This document shows positions 10,501-19,500 of a DNA stretch of 64,000 nucleotides, in pieces. Position 1 is the first letter of the stretch. Each line of letters begins with the position of its first letter. Location of the stretch: the IMG/VR virus record IMGVR_UViG_3300013195_000003, positions 14,524 to 78,523 of that record, one strand, 5' to 3'. Under the pieces are notes generated by a model that searched no databases, was not told where the DNA came from, and saw nothing but the letters and a program-made list of their open reading frames with translations. The translations under genes were made by a program, and so were the position numbers. This stretch comes from a virus.

Positions 10501-11506
10501 AGAGATCAAATCGTGCGAGTCAATGGATATCACCATTGAAACTACAAACATTGAAGATGGTACTAACATACCGTATACAATCTTTGGTACCCAGCTTAAT
10601 GAAGAGGATATCGTTCAAGACACAGAAGGTACTATTCTTATCCAAAATGGTATCGGAGTCTTTACTCTGAGTGTTGATTGTAATCGCATTGCTGAGACTA
10701 CCACACCAGGAACAATTACTTTTGCTATTCCTGACTTTGGATCCACTGCTACAATCATTCTTACTCCGAATGATGGCGCTGATGATACTACTGATCCTGG
10801 TGGTGGCGATGATACTGGTGGTGGTGGCAGATGTACAGTGGATGCCGACTGTCCCGAGGGTTATGTCTGTAAAGATGGTAGATGTGTTAAAATTGAGGAT
10901 ACTTTATTCCCTGATGATAATATATCTGATGATGACTTGAATGATCGTGACGGATTCAATAACAATGGTAATGGTGATGTTATCTTTGACACACCAATCA
11001 TTGATGACGATGGCGGTATCATTGATATCCCTGTTTTAGATTCTGGCAACAGATTCTTAGCACCTCCCTTTATGTCAGTTGAAAGTAACACTGGTTTTGG
11101 AGCTTACATTGAACCAATTATTAATAGCGACGGATATCTTACTAGAGTGAGAGTTCGTAGAGGTGGTCAGGGTTATACTGGACAGAGAAAACCAGATAAT
11201 GTTGTCTGTGACCTAGTTGGAATCGTTATTACCAATGTCGGTGGATTGTATGACACAGCTCCTACAGTCTATGTTGACGGAGATAGTACTATTGCTAAAG
11301 CAACTATCTCCCCTGAAGGATTTGTCAATAACATCATTCTTATGAAACCTCTCCAGTGCGCAAACACACCTGATGTTGTCGTTACTGGCGGCGGTGGTTT
11401 TGGATGTAAATGTCGAGCTGATCTGCAGTGTATTCCTGAAGATCAATCGCAACTTATTCTGCAGAGTCTCGCGAGAGATCCTGCTAACTACGTGGATTGT
11501 CCCTAA
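7547..11506 (+). CDS. gp5: gp5 N-terminal part: OB-fold spike base with added Calx-beta/Ig-like domains
   Basis: gp5 OB-fold motif G.VEDV.DP...GRVKVRI...LPWA.V.MP; Calx-beta-like VSYYTVDGTAKAGEDY...SGYLGFGEGQSESTIEI; no T4-lysozyme motif seen. Confidence 0.75.
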   Translation: MSDNSYNVANTRDLFAMQKGFVEDVRDPKGSGRVKVRIINKEFRTGDGGQFIPVPATEDLPWAAVLMPVNASGGSATCASNHNIKSGDIVWCIFVNGDSRQRLVIGSQGAVANASSKKPGTEYGPLQRYISQDKNTGDSPNPALHVSSDQKEKNKNLGVKPVGAMGDDDQSRALEALNADYSPGGNKAGAFSVAVADGKCASNPATKMDTILAEFFGAVQSTSGNVGSYYISKYTGELFDIQRIAKGYISRIQNIVEALISRAFGELMAKLKEVIQKLVKALLAPLPGCLKQVVDWFTQALEKMGCSMGDIFGRVSDFVTSTLEGYVGSVVNWAACQTKRLTDGILGNILGEITGVIDDVFGSISSVLGAIGSVGDVVGGAISSVMSILGISCTGTAACSDGPPKKSSKSGAFSGLKGGYNDLDEILQNLQDGPQFPINGVCDAATVPAVPTTEVNVWGPQLYDDINDGNLDDINDIDDLNDDDDSKKRKRKNRRKENGGEPDGPNGDGDNNGNRRRRRKGKDDPDDPGGRARKRYLQKRKARCAQRFFRVGDARGTKGQKIPVQLRRNGDLTGGSAISYYTVDGTAKAGEDYCPASGYLGFGEGQSESTIEITTLNTTQTSSAFAEVEVDIEFFVDDDPARSDVALDGFSIGDKTFRRKNTKEPHTQTKTVKLLAPVRNTNKGGKEQKRYRINYINLNPEYNTLNKKLKVNSRKKKITLDDNISNGIDVNATISIKAVRGGTAFFSSGGNAGRFIDVQARPKKEPKGPPKGIQVNNTVTEQADEEGCKYFYVKMKMNDGCGKIRKKTGVVIMCPPTTQPPPVNPPTVVPVDPPPLTPAVLQLDVPYYNLTADRSSVFEGEIVTFTLDTANVEEGSTVNYTVGRAETGITLNDISWIEQDGVKRKVTTDADLAGTFTVGEDGSDSIRIKLREDNIVENDSEVSEQVIVQLNGLSVAAGCLVLDPLDFDNDLTPGTATVDIIPEREEIKSCESMDITIETTNIEDGTNIPYTIFGTQLNEEDIVQDTEGTILIQNGIGVFTLSVDCNRIAETTTPGTITFAIPDFGSTATIILTPNDGADDTTDPGGGDDTGGGGRCTVDADCPEGYVCKDGRCVKIEDTLFPDDNISDDDLNDRDGFNNNGNGDVIFDTPIIDDDGGIIDIPVLDSGNRFLAPPFMSVESNTGFGAYIEPIINSDGYLTRVRVRRGGQGYTGQRKPDNVVCDLVGIVITNVGGLYDTAPTVYVDGDSTIAKATISPEGFVNNIILMKPLQCANTPDVVVTGGGGFGCKCRADLQCIPEDQSQLILQSLARDPANYVDCP

Positions 11507-12414
11507 TGTCAAGCAAAGGAAAACCAAACGAAGTAAATGTAACCAATACCGTCAGCAGATCGGGTCATTTATGGCAGGTCTGCGATGCGGAAGACAAACC
11601 ATATATGTTAATGATGCACCGATCGGGGCATCACGTATGGTTGCGTGAAGATGGTAGTGTACAGATTAAAGCAGTTACTGTAGAGGATAATGAAACTGGC
11701 GGTAGACTGCTAGTTCACTGTGAGGGTGATGCTGACATCAAGCTTGGTAAAGATGCGCACATCGAAGTTGCTCAAAATGCAACGTTAGAAGTCGATGGTA
11801 GTATTGATGTGCAAGTTTTCAAAGACATCAATGTTAGATGTGAAGGTAACTTTACTGTCAATACTGGTAAGAACTTGACACTTACTGCTGATCAAGCTCT
11901 TGCAATGAATAGTAAGTCTAAGATTGTACAGACAGCACCTAAAGCAACAGTGGCAGCTGATATGACAGACACCACTGTTACAGGTCCGCAGGAAGATAAG
12001 ATCTTTGGCGAAAGAGTCATCGGTATGACTGATCCCAGAGGTACCTTTACCCTGATGAGCTTGGGTCATATGGTCACTGTCGTCAAAGGTGACCACGAGA
12101 AGACCATTGGTGGTAGGGAGTCTGAGAAGATCCTTGGTATCCCTCCAGTCCCTCCGCTGCCTAGCATCCCTCCTGGTGGTCCTGCTAAGACCACTATTAT
12201 CGGTGCCTCAGGTGGTCTCGGTAGGGTTGAGAAGATTATGACGGGTAACGACGTGAGTACAGTGGTGGTGGGCAATAAGATCACCAACGTTGCAGCAGGT
12301 AACAACATTATGACAGCTGCAGCGGGATCTGTTACAATTGCTGCTGGTGTGAACGCCACCGTGACTGCCACTGCCAATGTGACAATCGCTGGAGCGTCCA
12401 TCTTCCTCAACTGA
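11506..12414 (+). CDS. gp5: gp5 C-terminal part: beta-helix spike
   Basis: SRSGH..QV.D.....Y....HRSG......EDGS followed by Val/Gly/Thr/Asn-rich beta-helix repeats; TAATG overlap with the upstream ORF. Confidence 0.75.
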   Translation: MSSKGKPNEVNVTNTVSRSGHLWQVCDAEDKPYMLMMHRSGHHVWLREDGSVQIKAVTVEDNETGGRLLVHCEGDADIKLGKDAHIEVAQNATLEVDGSIDVQVFKDINVRCEGNFTVNTGKNLTLTADQALAMNSKSKIVQTAPKATVAADMTDTTVTGPQEDKIFGERVIGMTDPRGTFTLMSLGHMVTVVKGDHEKTIGGRESEKILGIPPVPPLPSIPPGGPAKTTIIGASGGLGRVEKIMTGNDVSTVVVGNKITNVAAGNNIMTAAAGSVTIAAGVNATVTATANVTIAGASIFLN

Positions 12415-12426
12415 TCCCTAAAACCC

Positions 12427-12435
12427 TGCTATAAT
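12427..12435 (+). promoter_or_regulatory. Extended -10 sigma70-type promoter
   Basis: TGCTATAAT, with the TATAAT in the loop of an ACCCTG/CAGGGT inverted repeat, 22 nt upstream of ORF 12458. Confidence 0.55.
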
Positions 12436-12457
12436 AACAGGGTACTGACAAAGACCT

Positions 12458-12667
12458 ATGCCTGACTCCGCCGTTGTTGACAAGATCATTGTTGACATCC
12501 AGACTCGTGCCATCCACCTTGTGTCCGATGAAGGTGAGTTTAAGACTCTTGATTGCTCTGATGACTACGAAGCATTTATGAAACTGATGGAGATCTGTAA
12601 GGATCACGGCGAAGAGTATATGGTCTACTGTCAACCCACAGATTTCTTTGAATCTGACGAAAATTGA
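12458..12667 (+). CDS. Hypothetical protein (acidic, 69 aa)
   Basis: ORF with its own promoter; resembles small cyanophage proteins found after gp5. Confidence 0.65.
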   Translation: MPDSAVVDKIIVDIQTRAIHLVSDEGEFKTLDCSDDYEAFMKLMEICKDHGEEYMVYCQPTDFFESDEN

Positions 12668-12687
12668 CTTTCAGTTACCTAAAAGTC

Positions 12688-12728
12688 GGAAAAAAAACTC
12701 CGACAATTTTTCGACTCTTTAGGTTTTT
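12688..12728 (+). repeat. 41-nt intergenic motif, copy B (inside a larger hairpin)
   Basis: GGAAAAAAAACTCCGACAATTTTTCGACTCTTTAGGTTTTT; flanking CCTAAAAGTCG can pair with CGACTCTTTAGG; abuts tRNA-Leu. Confidence 0.8.
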
Positions 12729-12729
12729 T

Positions 12730-12814
12730 GCGAGTGTGGTGGAATCGGTAGACACACCAGACTTAAAATCTGTTGAGCATTACGCTCGTGCGAGTTCAAG
12801 TCTCGCCACTCGCA
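12730..12814 (+). tRNA. trnL: tRNA-Leu (anticodon TAA)
   Basis: Acceptor GCGAGTG/CACTCGC, D-loop TGGAATCGGTAGAC, anticodon arm CAGA-CTTAAAA-TCTG, long variable arm, GTTCAAGT T-loop; CCA not encoded. Confidence 0.93.
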
Positions 12815-12816
12815 TC

Positions 12817-12842
12817 GGGTGGTTGTAAAAACCGCCCTTTTA
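12817..12842 (+). terminator. Intrinsic terminator after tRNA-Leu
   Basis: GGGTGGTT-GTAAA-AACCGCCC followed by a T-tract. Confidence 0.75.
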
Positions 12843-12850
12843 TTGTACAA

Positions 12851-12856
12851 TAAATA
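12851..12856 (+). promoter_or_regulatory. Late promoter TAAATA
   Basis: Exact TAAATA about 27 nt upstream of the oxygenase ATG. Confidence 0.65.
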
Positions 12857-12882
12857 GGTCAAAGCTTCGTTATAACATCGTT

Positions 12883-13734
12883 ATGCCGCAACAAACCAAC
12901 AAACTAGACCAGTACGGTCTATTTTCTATTTTTCCGAAGTTTATCTATCGCGGTAAACTGCAAACCCACGAAAAGTGGAAAAATCTGATTGCTCCGATTA
13001 TTCAAGAACGTTGGAATACTATTAAGTCCAACAGTAATGTTGATGATGGTCCTGCTTGCTGGGAGTGCGACTGTTTTACGACTTTCTTTGACAAAAGTTT
13101 GATGGATCACGCCCAAGAGGGTGAAATTGATCTTCAGGCACTTTTGCAAGATATGTCTGCCAATATTCAGGAAGCAGTTAAACTGGCAGAATTCTATCCT
13201 CACGCTTTCCTGGTTTCTCAGCAGTGGTTCAATGCATATGGACCTGGGCAAAACCAAGAATCTCACAATCACATTCCCTCGCACCTTTCGGGCATCTATT
13301 ACGTTCAGTTTGATCCCAAAGTTCACCGAGGCACTAGTTTCCTAAACCAAGAGCGTCTTTATACTGAAGGACCGCGTTTTAATAAGCATTTCTATGATCC
13401 CGATATGTGGGGTTATGGTTGTTACAAGGAAGAGATGAATCTTGCTGTTGAAGAGGGTGATGTTGTCATCTTCCCGTCTCAGATGGATCACCTTGTCCAC
13501 AAACAGCCTGGTATCGAGAAGAACCCTGACGGCAAGATCCGTATTACGTTCTCCTTCAATATTGACCTCGTTAGTGAAGTTGAAGCTAAAGAGCGTTTGG
13601 ATGCTGCAATGGCAACAGCTCCTTCTCAAGGTGATATGCCTTCAGGTGATAATGATATTCCCATTGGTTCTTTACCTCAGGAATCACAGAAAGGCGTTGA
13701 TGCTAAAGAAGAGTGGTCCAGTGACTGGTTCTGA
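12883..13734 (+). CDS. 2OG-Fe(II) oxygenase (TIGR02466-like)
   Basis: WFNAYGPGQNQESHNH..SHLSGIYYV, EGDVVIFPS.M.H.V and RITFSFN motifs. Confidence 0.85.
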   Translation: MPQQTNKLDQYGLFSIFPKFIYRGKLQTHEKWKNLIAPIIQERWNTIKSNSNVDDGPACWECDCFTTFFDKSLMDHAQEGEIDLQALLQDMSANIQEAVKLAEFYPHAFLVSQQWFNAYGPGQNQESHNHIPSHLSGIYYVQFDPKVHRGTSFLNQERLYTEGPRFNKHFYDPDMWGYGCYKEEMNLAVEEGDVVIFPSQMDHLVHKQPGIEKNPDGKIRITFSFNIDLVSEVEAKERLDAAMATAPSQGDMPSGDNDIPIGSLPQESQKGVDAKEEWSSDWF

Positions 13735-13735
13735 T

Positions 13736-13900
13736 ATGCCACGCTCCAGAATGCAAAAGGTGGATTTGGAGGCAAGGCTTTACAAGATGAAGACTTCCCT
13801 CTATAATGGTGAACATCAGGACAAGAACGGGGACTGGCACGATGGTGCCCACTTCGTTCTGAATTCTGTGTTGGACATCCTGCAGGAGTATTCCAACTAG
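13736..13900 (+). CDS. Hypothetical protein (54 aa)
   Basis: ATG 1 nt after the oxygenase stop; MPRSRMQKVDLEARLYKMK...HDGAHFVLNSVLDILQEYSN. Confidence 0.6.
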   Translation: MPRSRMQKVDLEARLYKMKTSLYNGEHQDKNGDWHDGAHFVLNSVLDILQEYSN

Positions 13901-13998
13901 GAGATGGGGAGACCCTGATCCGACTATCACAAAAGTCCTGGGTATGACTCTAAACTGCCCCTAGACTTTCGACTTCTAGATCGTCTAGACCTACACCG

Positions 13999-15204
13999 AT
14001 GGGTTATCCATCTCGCACACACTGTAACCAAATGTCTATTGCAATGTCCGAGCTCCTTCGTATGGAGCAACTTGTCCGCATCATTGATGTTTTTGATGAC
14101 AAGGTAAAAGGTACCGATAAGGAATATTTTGCAACCTTCTCTGTACTTGACCGTTGCCCCCAAGGCATCCCCCTTATGGAGGATGTTATTCGTGATTACG
14201 AAAACGGAGTCAACTACTTCGATAATGACATTGTTATCGTCCTGGCACGAGTTGGAGATCTTTATAGTTCTCCTTACTACAACCGTATTTTGGAACTGAA
14301 GTACGGCAACCACCGTGTCCACCTCGCCAACAGGGGAGGTTTCTCATACAGTTCCGCTGATACTCTTTCTGGGTACTACCGTCCTAGGCAGAAGAAAGTT
14401 GTTACCTCTAAGGGCAACAACCGCGCTTCTATGCTTTATGGCGTCACGCAAGATCCCGATGTTCGTATCGTGCTCTCGCTTAAGCTTCATTCACGTGATC
14501 TCTCTATTCAAGAGTTGGTCCGTATCGAATCCAATGACCATAATGTTGATGCGAATTATCGCACCAACCAGACTGGCGACCACCGATTTAAGTCGGCATA
14601 CTATGCCCGCGAACCTAAAGCAGTTGCTCTTTATGACTTCTGTGCTAAGTACAGCATTGGTATCGCTGGTACAAACCCGACCGCTAAGTTCCACGCTCCT
14701 CGCAGCACTTACATCGCCAATGCGATGAAAGACGCTAAAGAGAATACTGAGCGTTACTTGAAAGCTTTCACGGACAACAACTGTTCCAAGGAAGTAGGTG
14801 GTAGTTGCACTATCGCTGGTGCAATGTTCCTGAAATACTTCTCTAAGTACATCAACAAGATTGATGAACTGAACAACTGCGACTCTTTCGCAGATTGCCT
14901 GCGTTACTATTTTTGCCAATGGGGCGAAAAGTCTAAAAATCTGTACGGCAAGAAAGCACGTAACGTTACCCAAGAAGACATTACTGGAGCAACCACTGAT
15001 TACAAAAAGTGGGAACCTGCTGTTGCACGTTTCGTTTGCCTTTACAATGCATATTGTGATGTGTTTCTCGAAATCCCTGGCAACCAGCAAACTGCAATCC
15101 CGTTCAATGGGTCTGATAACAGCTCCTGGGTTAGATTCATTTCGTCTGCTAACTCATTGATTCGCCCTCAACTGCAAAACATTGCAGAACAGAGGTTCTT
15201 CTGA
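13999..15204 (+). CDS. Hypothetical protein, possibly ParB/Sulfiredoxin-like N-terminal domain
   Basis: L..SP.YNR...GFS....LSGYYRP....VVTSKGNNR resembles the ParB/Srx G(Q/N)HR-type motif; by-eye match only. Confidence 0.45.
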   Translation: MGYPSRTHCNQMSIAMSELLRMEQLVRIIDVFDDKVKGTDKEYFATFSVLDRCPQGIPLMEDVIRDYENGVNYFDNDIVIVLARVGDLYSSPYYNRILELKYGNHRVHLANRGGFSYSSADTLSGYYRPRQKKVVTSKGNNRASMLYGVTQDPDVRIVLSLKLHSRDLSIQELVRIESNDHNVDANYRTNQTGDHRFKSAYYAREPKAVALYDFCAKYSIGIAGTNPTAKFHAPRSTYIANAMKDAKENTERYLKAFTDNNCSKEVGGSCTIAGAMFLKYFSKYINKIDELNNCDSFADCLRYYFCQWGEKSKNLYGKKARNVTQEDITGATTDYKKWEPAVARFVCLYNAYCDVFLEIPGNQQTAIPFNGSDNSSWVRFISSANSLIRPQLQNIAEQRFF

Positions 15205-15231
15205 TATACTAGGGGGGTCAACCCCCTTCAT

Positions 15232-15303
15232 TCCTCTTTAGCTCAGCGGTAGAGCGAACGACTGTTAATCGTTTGGTCCCTGGTTCGATCCCAGGAAGGG
15301 GAG
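15232..15303 (+). tRNA. trnN: tRNA-Asn (anticodon GTT)
   Basis: Acceptor TCCTCTT/AAGGGGA, D-arm GCTC-AGCGGTA-GAGC, anticodon arm AACGA-CTGTTAA-TCGTT, T-arm CCTGG-TTCGATC-CCAGG; CCA not encoded. Confidence 0.95.
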
Positions 15304-15319
15304 TTTACTTTTTTCTGTT

Positions 15320-15517
15320 ATGCATTACAAACCTTATTCACCAGAATGGCATAGATACAGGTATCTCAAGGAAGCACTCGATAAATACCTTGACGACTAT
15401 GTTGACAACGACACTATCCGTGATGATATTTTAGATATCCTTGCGGAGCGCTCAGAACAAGCTTACGCTGAATTCAACAGAATTTCAGAATTAGAAGGAA
15501 AACTGCGAAAAGACTAA
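15320..15517 (+). CDS. Hypothetical protein
   Basis: ORF in operon context, coupled to the next gene (TAAATG). Confidence 0.65.
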   Translation: MHYKPYSPEWHRYRYLKEALDKYLDDYVDNDTIRDDILDILAERSEQAYAEFNRISELEGKLRKD

Positions 15518-15832
15518 ATGCTTTCTACCCAGTATCGACTACGTTTAGAGTTCATTTGTAAAAAAATTGCCAACAAAGAAGAGGTTAAACTAGATGATAT
15601 GATTTGGGCAGAAAAGTTGGCAAAGCGCCATACTACTGCTCGCGACTGGTTAAATAAAGCACGCCGTCAAGCTGCTCAGGATATTGAGGAGGGCAGTATG
15701 GATGATTTTATGAATAAGATGGGATTAGGCGACCCCGACCCATCTAATTACAAAACGGGGTTCGATGGTGCTGATGAAATTGTAGACTGGTTCAAACAGG
15801 ACAAACCCGATGACTGGCGACAACGTGACTAA
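15518..15832 (+). CDS. Conserved cyanophage hypothetical protein
   Basis: MLSTQYRLRLEFIC.KIA..EEV.L.DMIWA.KLAK...DDFMNKMGLGDPDPSN...GF...DEI.DWF is a familiar cyanophage/cyanobacterial small-protein pattern. Confidence 0.75.
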   Translation: MLSTQYRLRLEFICKKIANKEEVKLDDMIWAEKLAKRHTTARDWLNKARRQAAQDIEEGSMDDFMNKMGLGDPDPSNYKTGFDGADEIVDWFKQDKPDDWRQRD

Positions 15833-15959
15833 ACTGAATATTGCCAAAAATTTGGTAGACAAGATTAAAGATCTTCTAGATGCTGACATTCAATATTCAA
15901 GTCTTCTAGATAGTAAAGGCAATTTAAAGCGTAAAATTTCGATCACTTACAATGAATAA
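15825..15959 (+). CDS. Hypothetical protein (44 aa, GTG start; not in track)
   Basis: MTKLNIAKNLVDKIKDLLDADIQYSSLLDSKGNLKRKISITYNE*; exactly fills the gap and overlaps both neighbours. Confidence 0.5.
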   Translation: MTKLNIAKNLVDKIKDLLDADIQYSSLLDSKGNLKRKISITYNE

Positions 15960-16248
15960 ATTTTTGATGTTCACAAAAGATTCTTGTGGACCTTGCGGAC
16001 TTGTAAAAAGGTATATCAAAGCTTTGAAAGATGATCGATCTTCTCTTATTGAAGAAGTCGAACTTGAGGATTTTAGTGATGTACCTATTCCTCAAGCAAA
16101 TTTAGACCTTGCTAAGAAATACGGAATTACTGCAACTCCAGTTCTTATTGTTATCGATGAAAATGGTGAGCTGTTAGAGAAACATACTGGCGGTATGCCT
16201 ATCACACAGTCAATTCGCAAACTCTGGGATCAATATGGTAGTGTCTAA
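15952..16248 (+). CDS. Thioredoxin/glutaredoxin
   Basis: CGPC active site and AKKYGITATPVL cis-Pro motif. Confidence 0.85.
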   Translation: MNKFLMFTKDSCGPCGLVKRYIKALKDDRSSLIEEVELEDFSDVPIPQANLDLAKKYGITATPVLIVIDENGELLEKHTGGMPITQSIRKLWDQYGSV

Positions 16249-16489
16249 AACAGCTGTTATTTACAGCAACGGCAGTCAAGAATGCGAGAGAATGGCATCT
16301 CTCCTTGAGAACATAGATGGAGTTGAAGAATTTCATCGATATGAGCTAGGAAAGCATTTTGAAGATCATCAATTTCGTAATGAATTTGGTGAAGAAGCAA
16401 CATATCCGCAATGTGCTATCGGTATGAAGCATATTGGGGATATGAAGACCACACTTCGATATATGTCGGACAACGGAATGTTCGTCTGA
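16235..16489 (+). CDS. Glutaredoxin-like protein lacking CxxC
   Basis: AVIYS...QECER, ATYPQ..IG..HIG pattern of the Grx fold; SQEC in place of CxxC. Confidence 0.65.
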   Translation: MVVSKTAVIYSNGSQECERMASLLENIDGVEEFHRYELGKHFEDHQFRNEFGEEATYPQCAIGMKHIGDMKTTLRYMSDNGMFV

Positions 16490-16495
16490 TAAATA
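16490..16495 (+). promoter_or_regulatory. Late promoter TAAATA
   Basis: Exact TAAATA upstream of the 2159-aa structural gene. Confidence 0.7.
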
Positions 16496-16530
16496 CCAAA
16501 CAGGATATCCACCACATAATATTTTAGGTA

Positions 16531-19500
16531 ATGGCACTTACCAGACTAGAGAATCTAATTTCCAGTAAGACTGGACGTTTCGTTTATGTGTCTCCTGATG
16601 ATTTTAATGCATCGGATGACGTAAACAATAGGGGTAATTCCCCAACGCGACCGTTTAGGAGTATTCAGCGAGCTTTTCTGGAAGTTGCTAGATTCTCGTA
16701 TAAATCGGGTCCTGATAATGACCGATTTGACGAGTTTACAGTTGTGTTGTCTCCTGGAGACCACTATATTGATAACCGTCCTGGTGTTGCTTCGGTCAAT
16801 GATATCCCCGACTTCACAACTAATGTGAACTTCGACCTGGGTAACTCCCAGAATGACCTTTATAAGTTTAACTCTACGACTGGTGGTGTCATTGTTCCCA
16901 GAGGTACTTCTCTGGTGGGTATGGACCTTCGTAAGACGAAGATTCGTCCTCTGTTTGTGCCAAACCCAACGGATACTAGTATTCCTACTACATCCATCTT
17001 TAATGTGACTGGTGGTTGCTATTTCTGGCAATTCTCCATCTTTGATGGTAAGCAGAAGGTTTACTTTGATAACTCGGGTAATAAAGCTGACCCGACCTTC
17101 TCACACCACAAGATTACAAACTTTGAGTTTGCAGACGCTGATGATCTGACTCTCTACTACGACAAAATTGGTGATGCATATGAAAATATGGTCATCGATA
17201 TTAACGTCGATGGTGCTATTCAGGAGACAGACCTTGAGAACCGCATTGTGGGTCCTCTCTCTGACAAAAAGGTCATCGAGTCGATCACTCCTCAGGCGTT
17301 GGGTGGCAACGCAACTGAAATCAGGGTCAAAACAAAAGCGCCTCACGGTTACTTCGTGGGTCAGTTTGTTACTGTTGACGATACTGGACTGACGAATGAC
17401 CTGCACGGTTCGTTCCTAATCACACGTCTGGATCCAGCTGATAATACTCTATTCTTCTATCGTGTCAACCAGTCGATCCCGACGCTGATCTCTGGTCAGA
17501 CCTATACAACAGCTTCTCTGCCCCCGAACAGACTGAATGAGAACGCTATTGTTCAGGCAGAAATCGATACTGTTGACTCTGCGTCTCCTTACATTTTCAA
17601 CCTGTCGATCCGTTCTACTTGGGGTCTGGCAGGTATGCACGCTGATGGATCCAAGGTTACTGGATTCAAGTCGATGGTGTGTGCTCAGTACACGGGCGTT
17701 TCGTTGCAGAAAGACGATCGTGCGTTTACTAAGTTCAACGAAGAAACAGCACAGTTTGAATCTGCCTGGAATGGCGTTGCTGTTACTGACCCTGAAGAAC
17801 TGTCAACAGGATCATTCGCTACCACTCCCTACCACACTGATGGTAGAGCATACTTTAAGAACGAGTGGAGAAACGCTCACGTCAGACTGTCGAACGATGC
17901 GTTCATTCAGGCTGTGTCCATCTTCGCGGTGGGTTTCGCAGATCACTTCTTGATTGAGTCTGGTGCTGACATTTCGATCACCAACTCTAACTCTAACTTC
18001 GGTAACACAGCTCTGGATGCTATCGGATATAAGGGTTTTGCCTTCTTCCAAGATAAGCACGGTTTCGTTACTGATATCGTTCCTCCTGAAACGATTGACC
18101 TTGACGACACCACACAACCTCCATACTACGGTGTTGACATTCTGGCATCGAAAGAACCCTCTGGTTCTACTCGTGTCTACCTGGCAGGTGAACCTGAAGA
18201 AATCTCTGATCCTGACAACACTCCGACTTATATTCTGCAGGATTATAAGGTTGGTTCTAAGCGTGAAGATAGAATTTACGCTAAGTTGGATCCAGACATT
18301 ACTGGTGGTGAATCTGGTCCTCAGGAGAAGTCTGCTCAGATGTTCCCCTCTGGTTTCGATACCTTCACTGTAAGTGGTCTCTCAACTGCTACTCAGTCTG
18401 TGCAGAATGCTCAGGGTGAGACTATCACTTATCGTGCTACGATCTTCTCCTGCCCTGAAGCACACGGTCTGTACACTGGTACTCCAGTTCGTTTGGTTCC
18501 TAAGAGAGTCAACACTGCTATCGGCAATGAGCTGGTGAGACTGCCTAAGGGTCTGGAACCCAATACAGTCTACTACATCATCGCTCCTGGTCGCCACACG
18601 TCACCAGTTCCCCCCGATCAGACCTTCCCGACAGAAGACCTGAACACCTTCCTTCTGGCAGCATCTGAGGATGACGCTGCTGCTGGTAACGCCATTAACA
18701 TTCCTGAAGCTTTGAATGCTGGCGTCCAGATTGAGATGTTCCAGTACATCTTTGATGTTAACCCGACTCCGTTTAAGTATAAGGTCACTGTTGCTGATCC
18801 TGCTACTAACGAGTTCCAACTGGAATCTCCTCACGTCTTCGATAAAGGTTTCGCTACGAAGGCAGCAACTGGTGTGTTCTTCCGTGCTAAGCCTGGTTCG
18901 CAATTGCCTGGTGGCATTGATGCGAACAAGATGTATTATGCCATCTATGATAATACGAATGGCAACATCAATAAGTTTAAGGTTGCTGAAACCCCAGCTT
19001 TGGCAATTCAAGGTGGTGGCGTTCCATATTCCTTCACTTCTAGCGGCACCGTTGGTGTTTCTGGACAGGATGAGATCTATGTGTTCTCCTGTAATACCAG
19101 ACATCCGCTGAAGTATGACCCTGAGATGACTGCATCTCCTGGTCGTAATGGTCTGTGGTATCTGAATGTGTTGGATACTCAGCAACAACCCAACCAAATT
19201 TATCAGCGTGTCTCTACTCTGTCTGAGTATGTCAATGAAGAAGTCATCACAACCTCAAACACCTACATCAAGCGTATCAACGATCGCCGTAGGGAAGATG
19301 ACCGTATCTACAGACTCAGATACGTTGTGCCGAAGGAGATCGACAACGTTAGAGAACCCCTGCTCGGTTATGTCCTTAAAGTCAGAACTGACGAGAATAG
19401 AAGACTGAGACCTCAGAAGGTTGTTCTGGAAGCTATTGATGGCACTGCAGATATGCCTGTGTTCTATGGTAATAATCCTACCATTGATCCTAATGGCGAT

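Noticed and set aside
13442-13900. 152-aa ORF overlapping the oxygenase
   Set aside because: Only the last 54 codons (ATG 13736) lie outside the oxygenase; the upstream part is an off-frame shadow.
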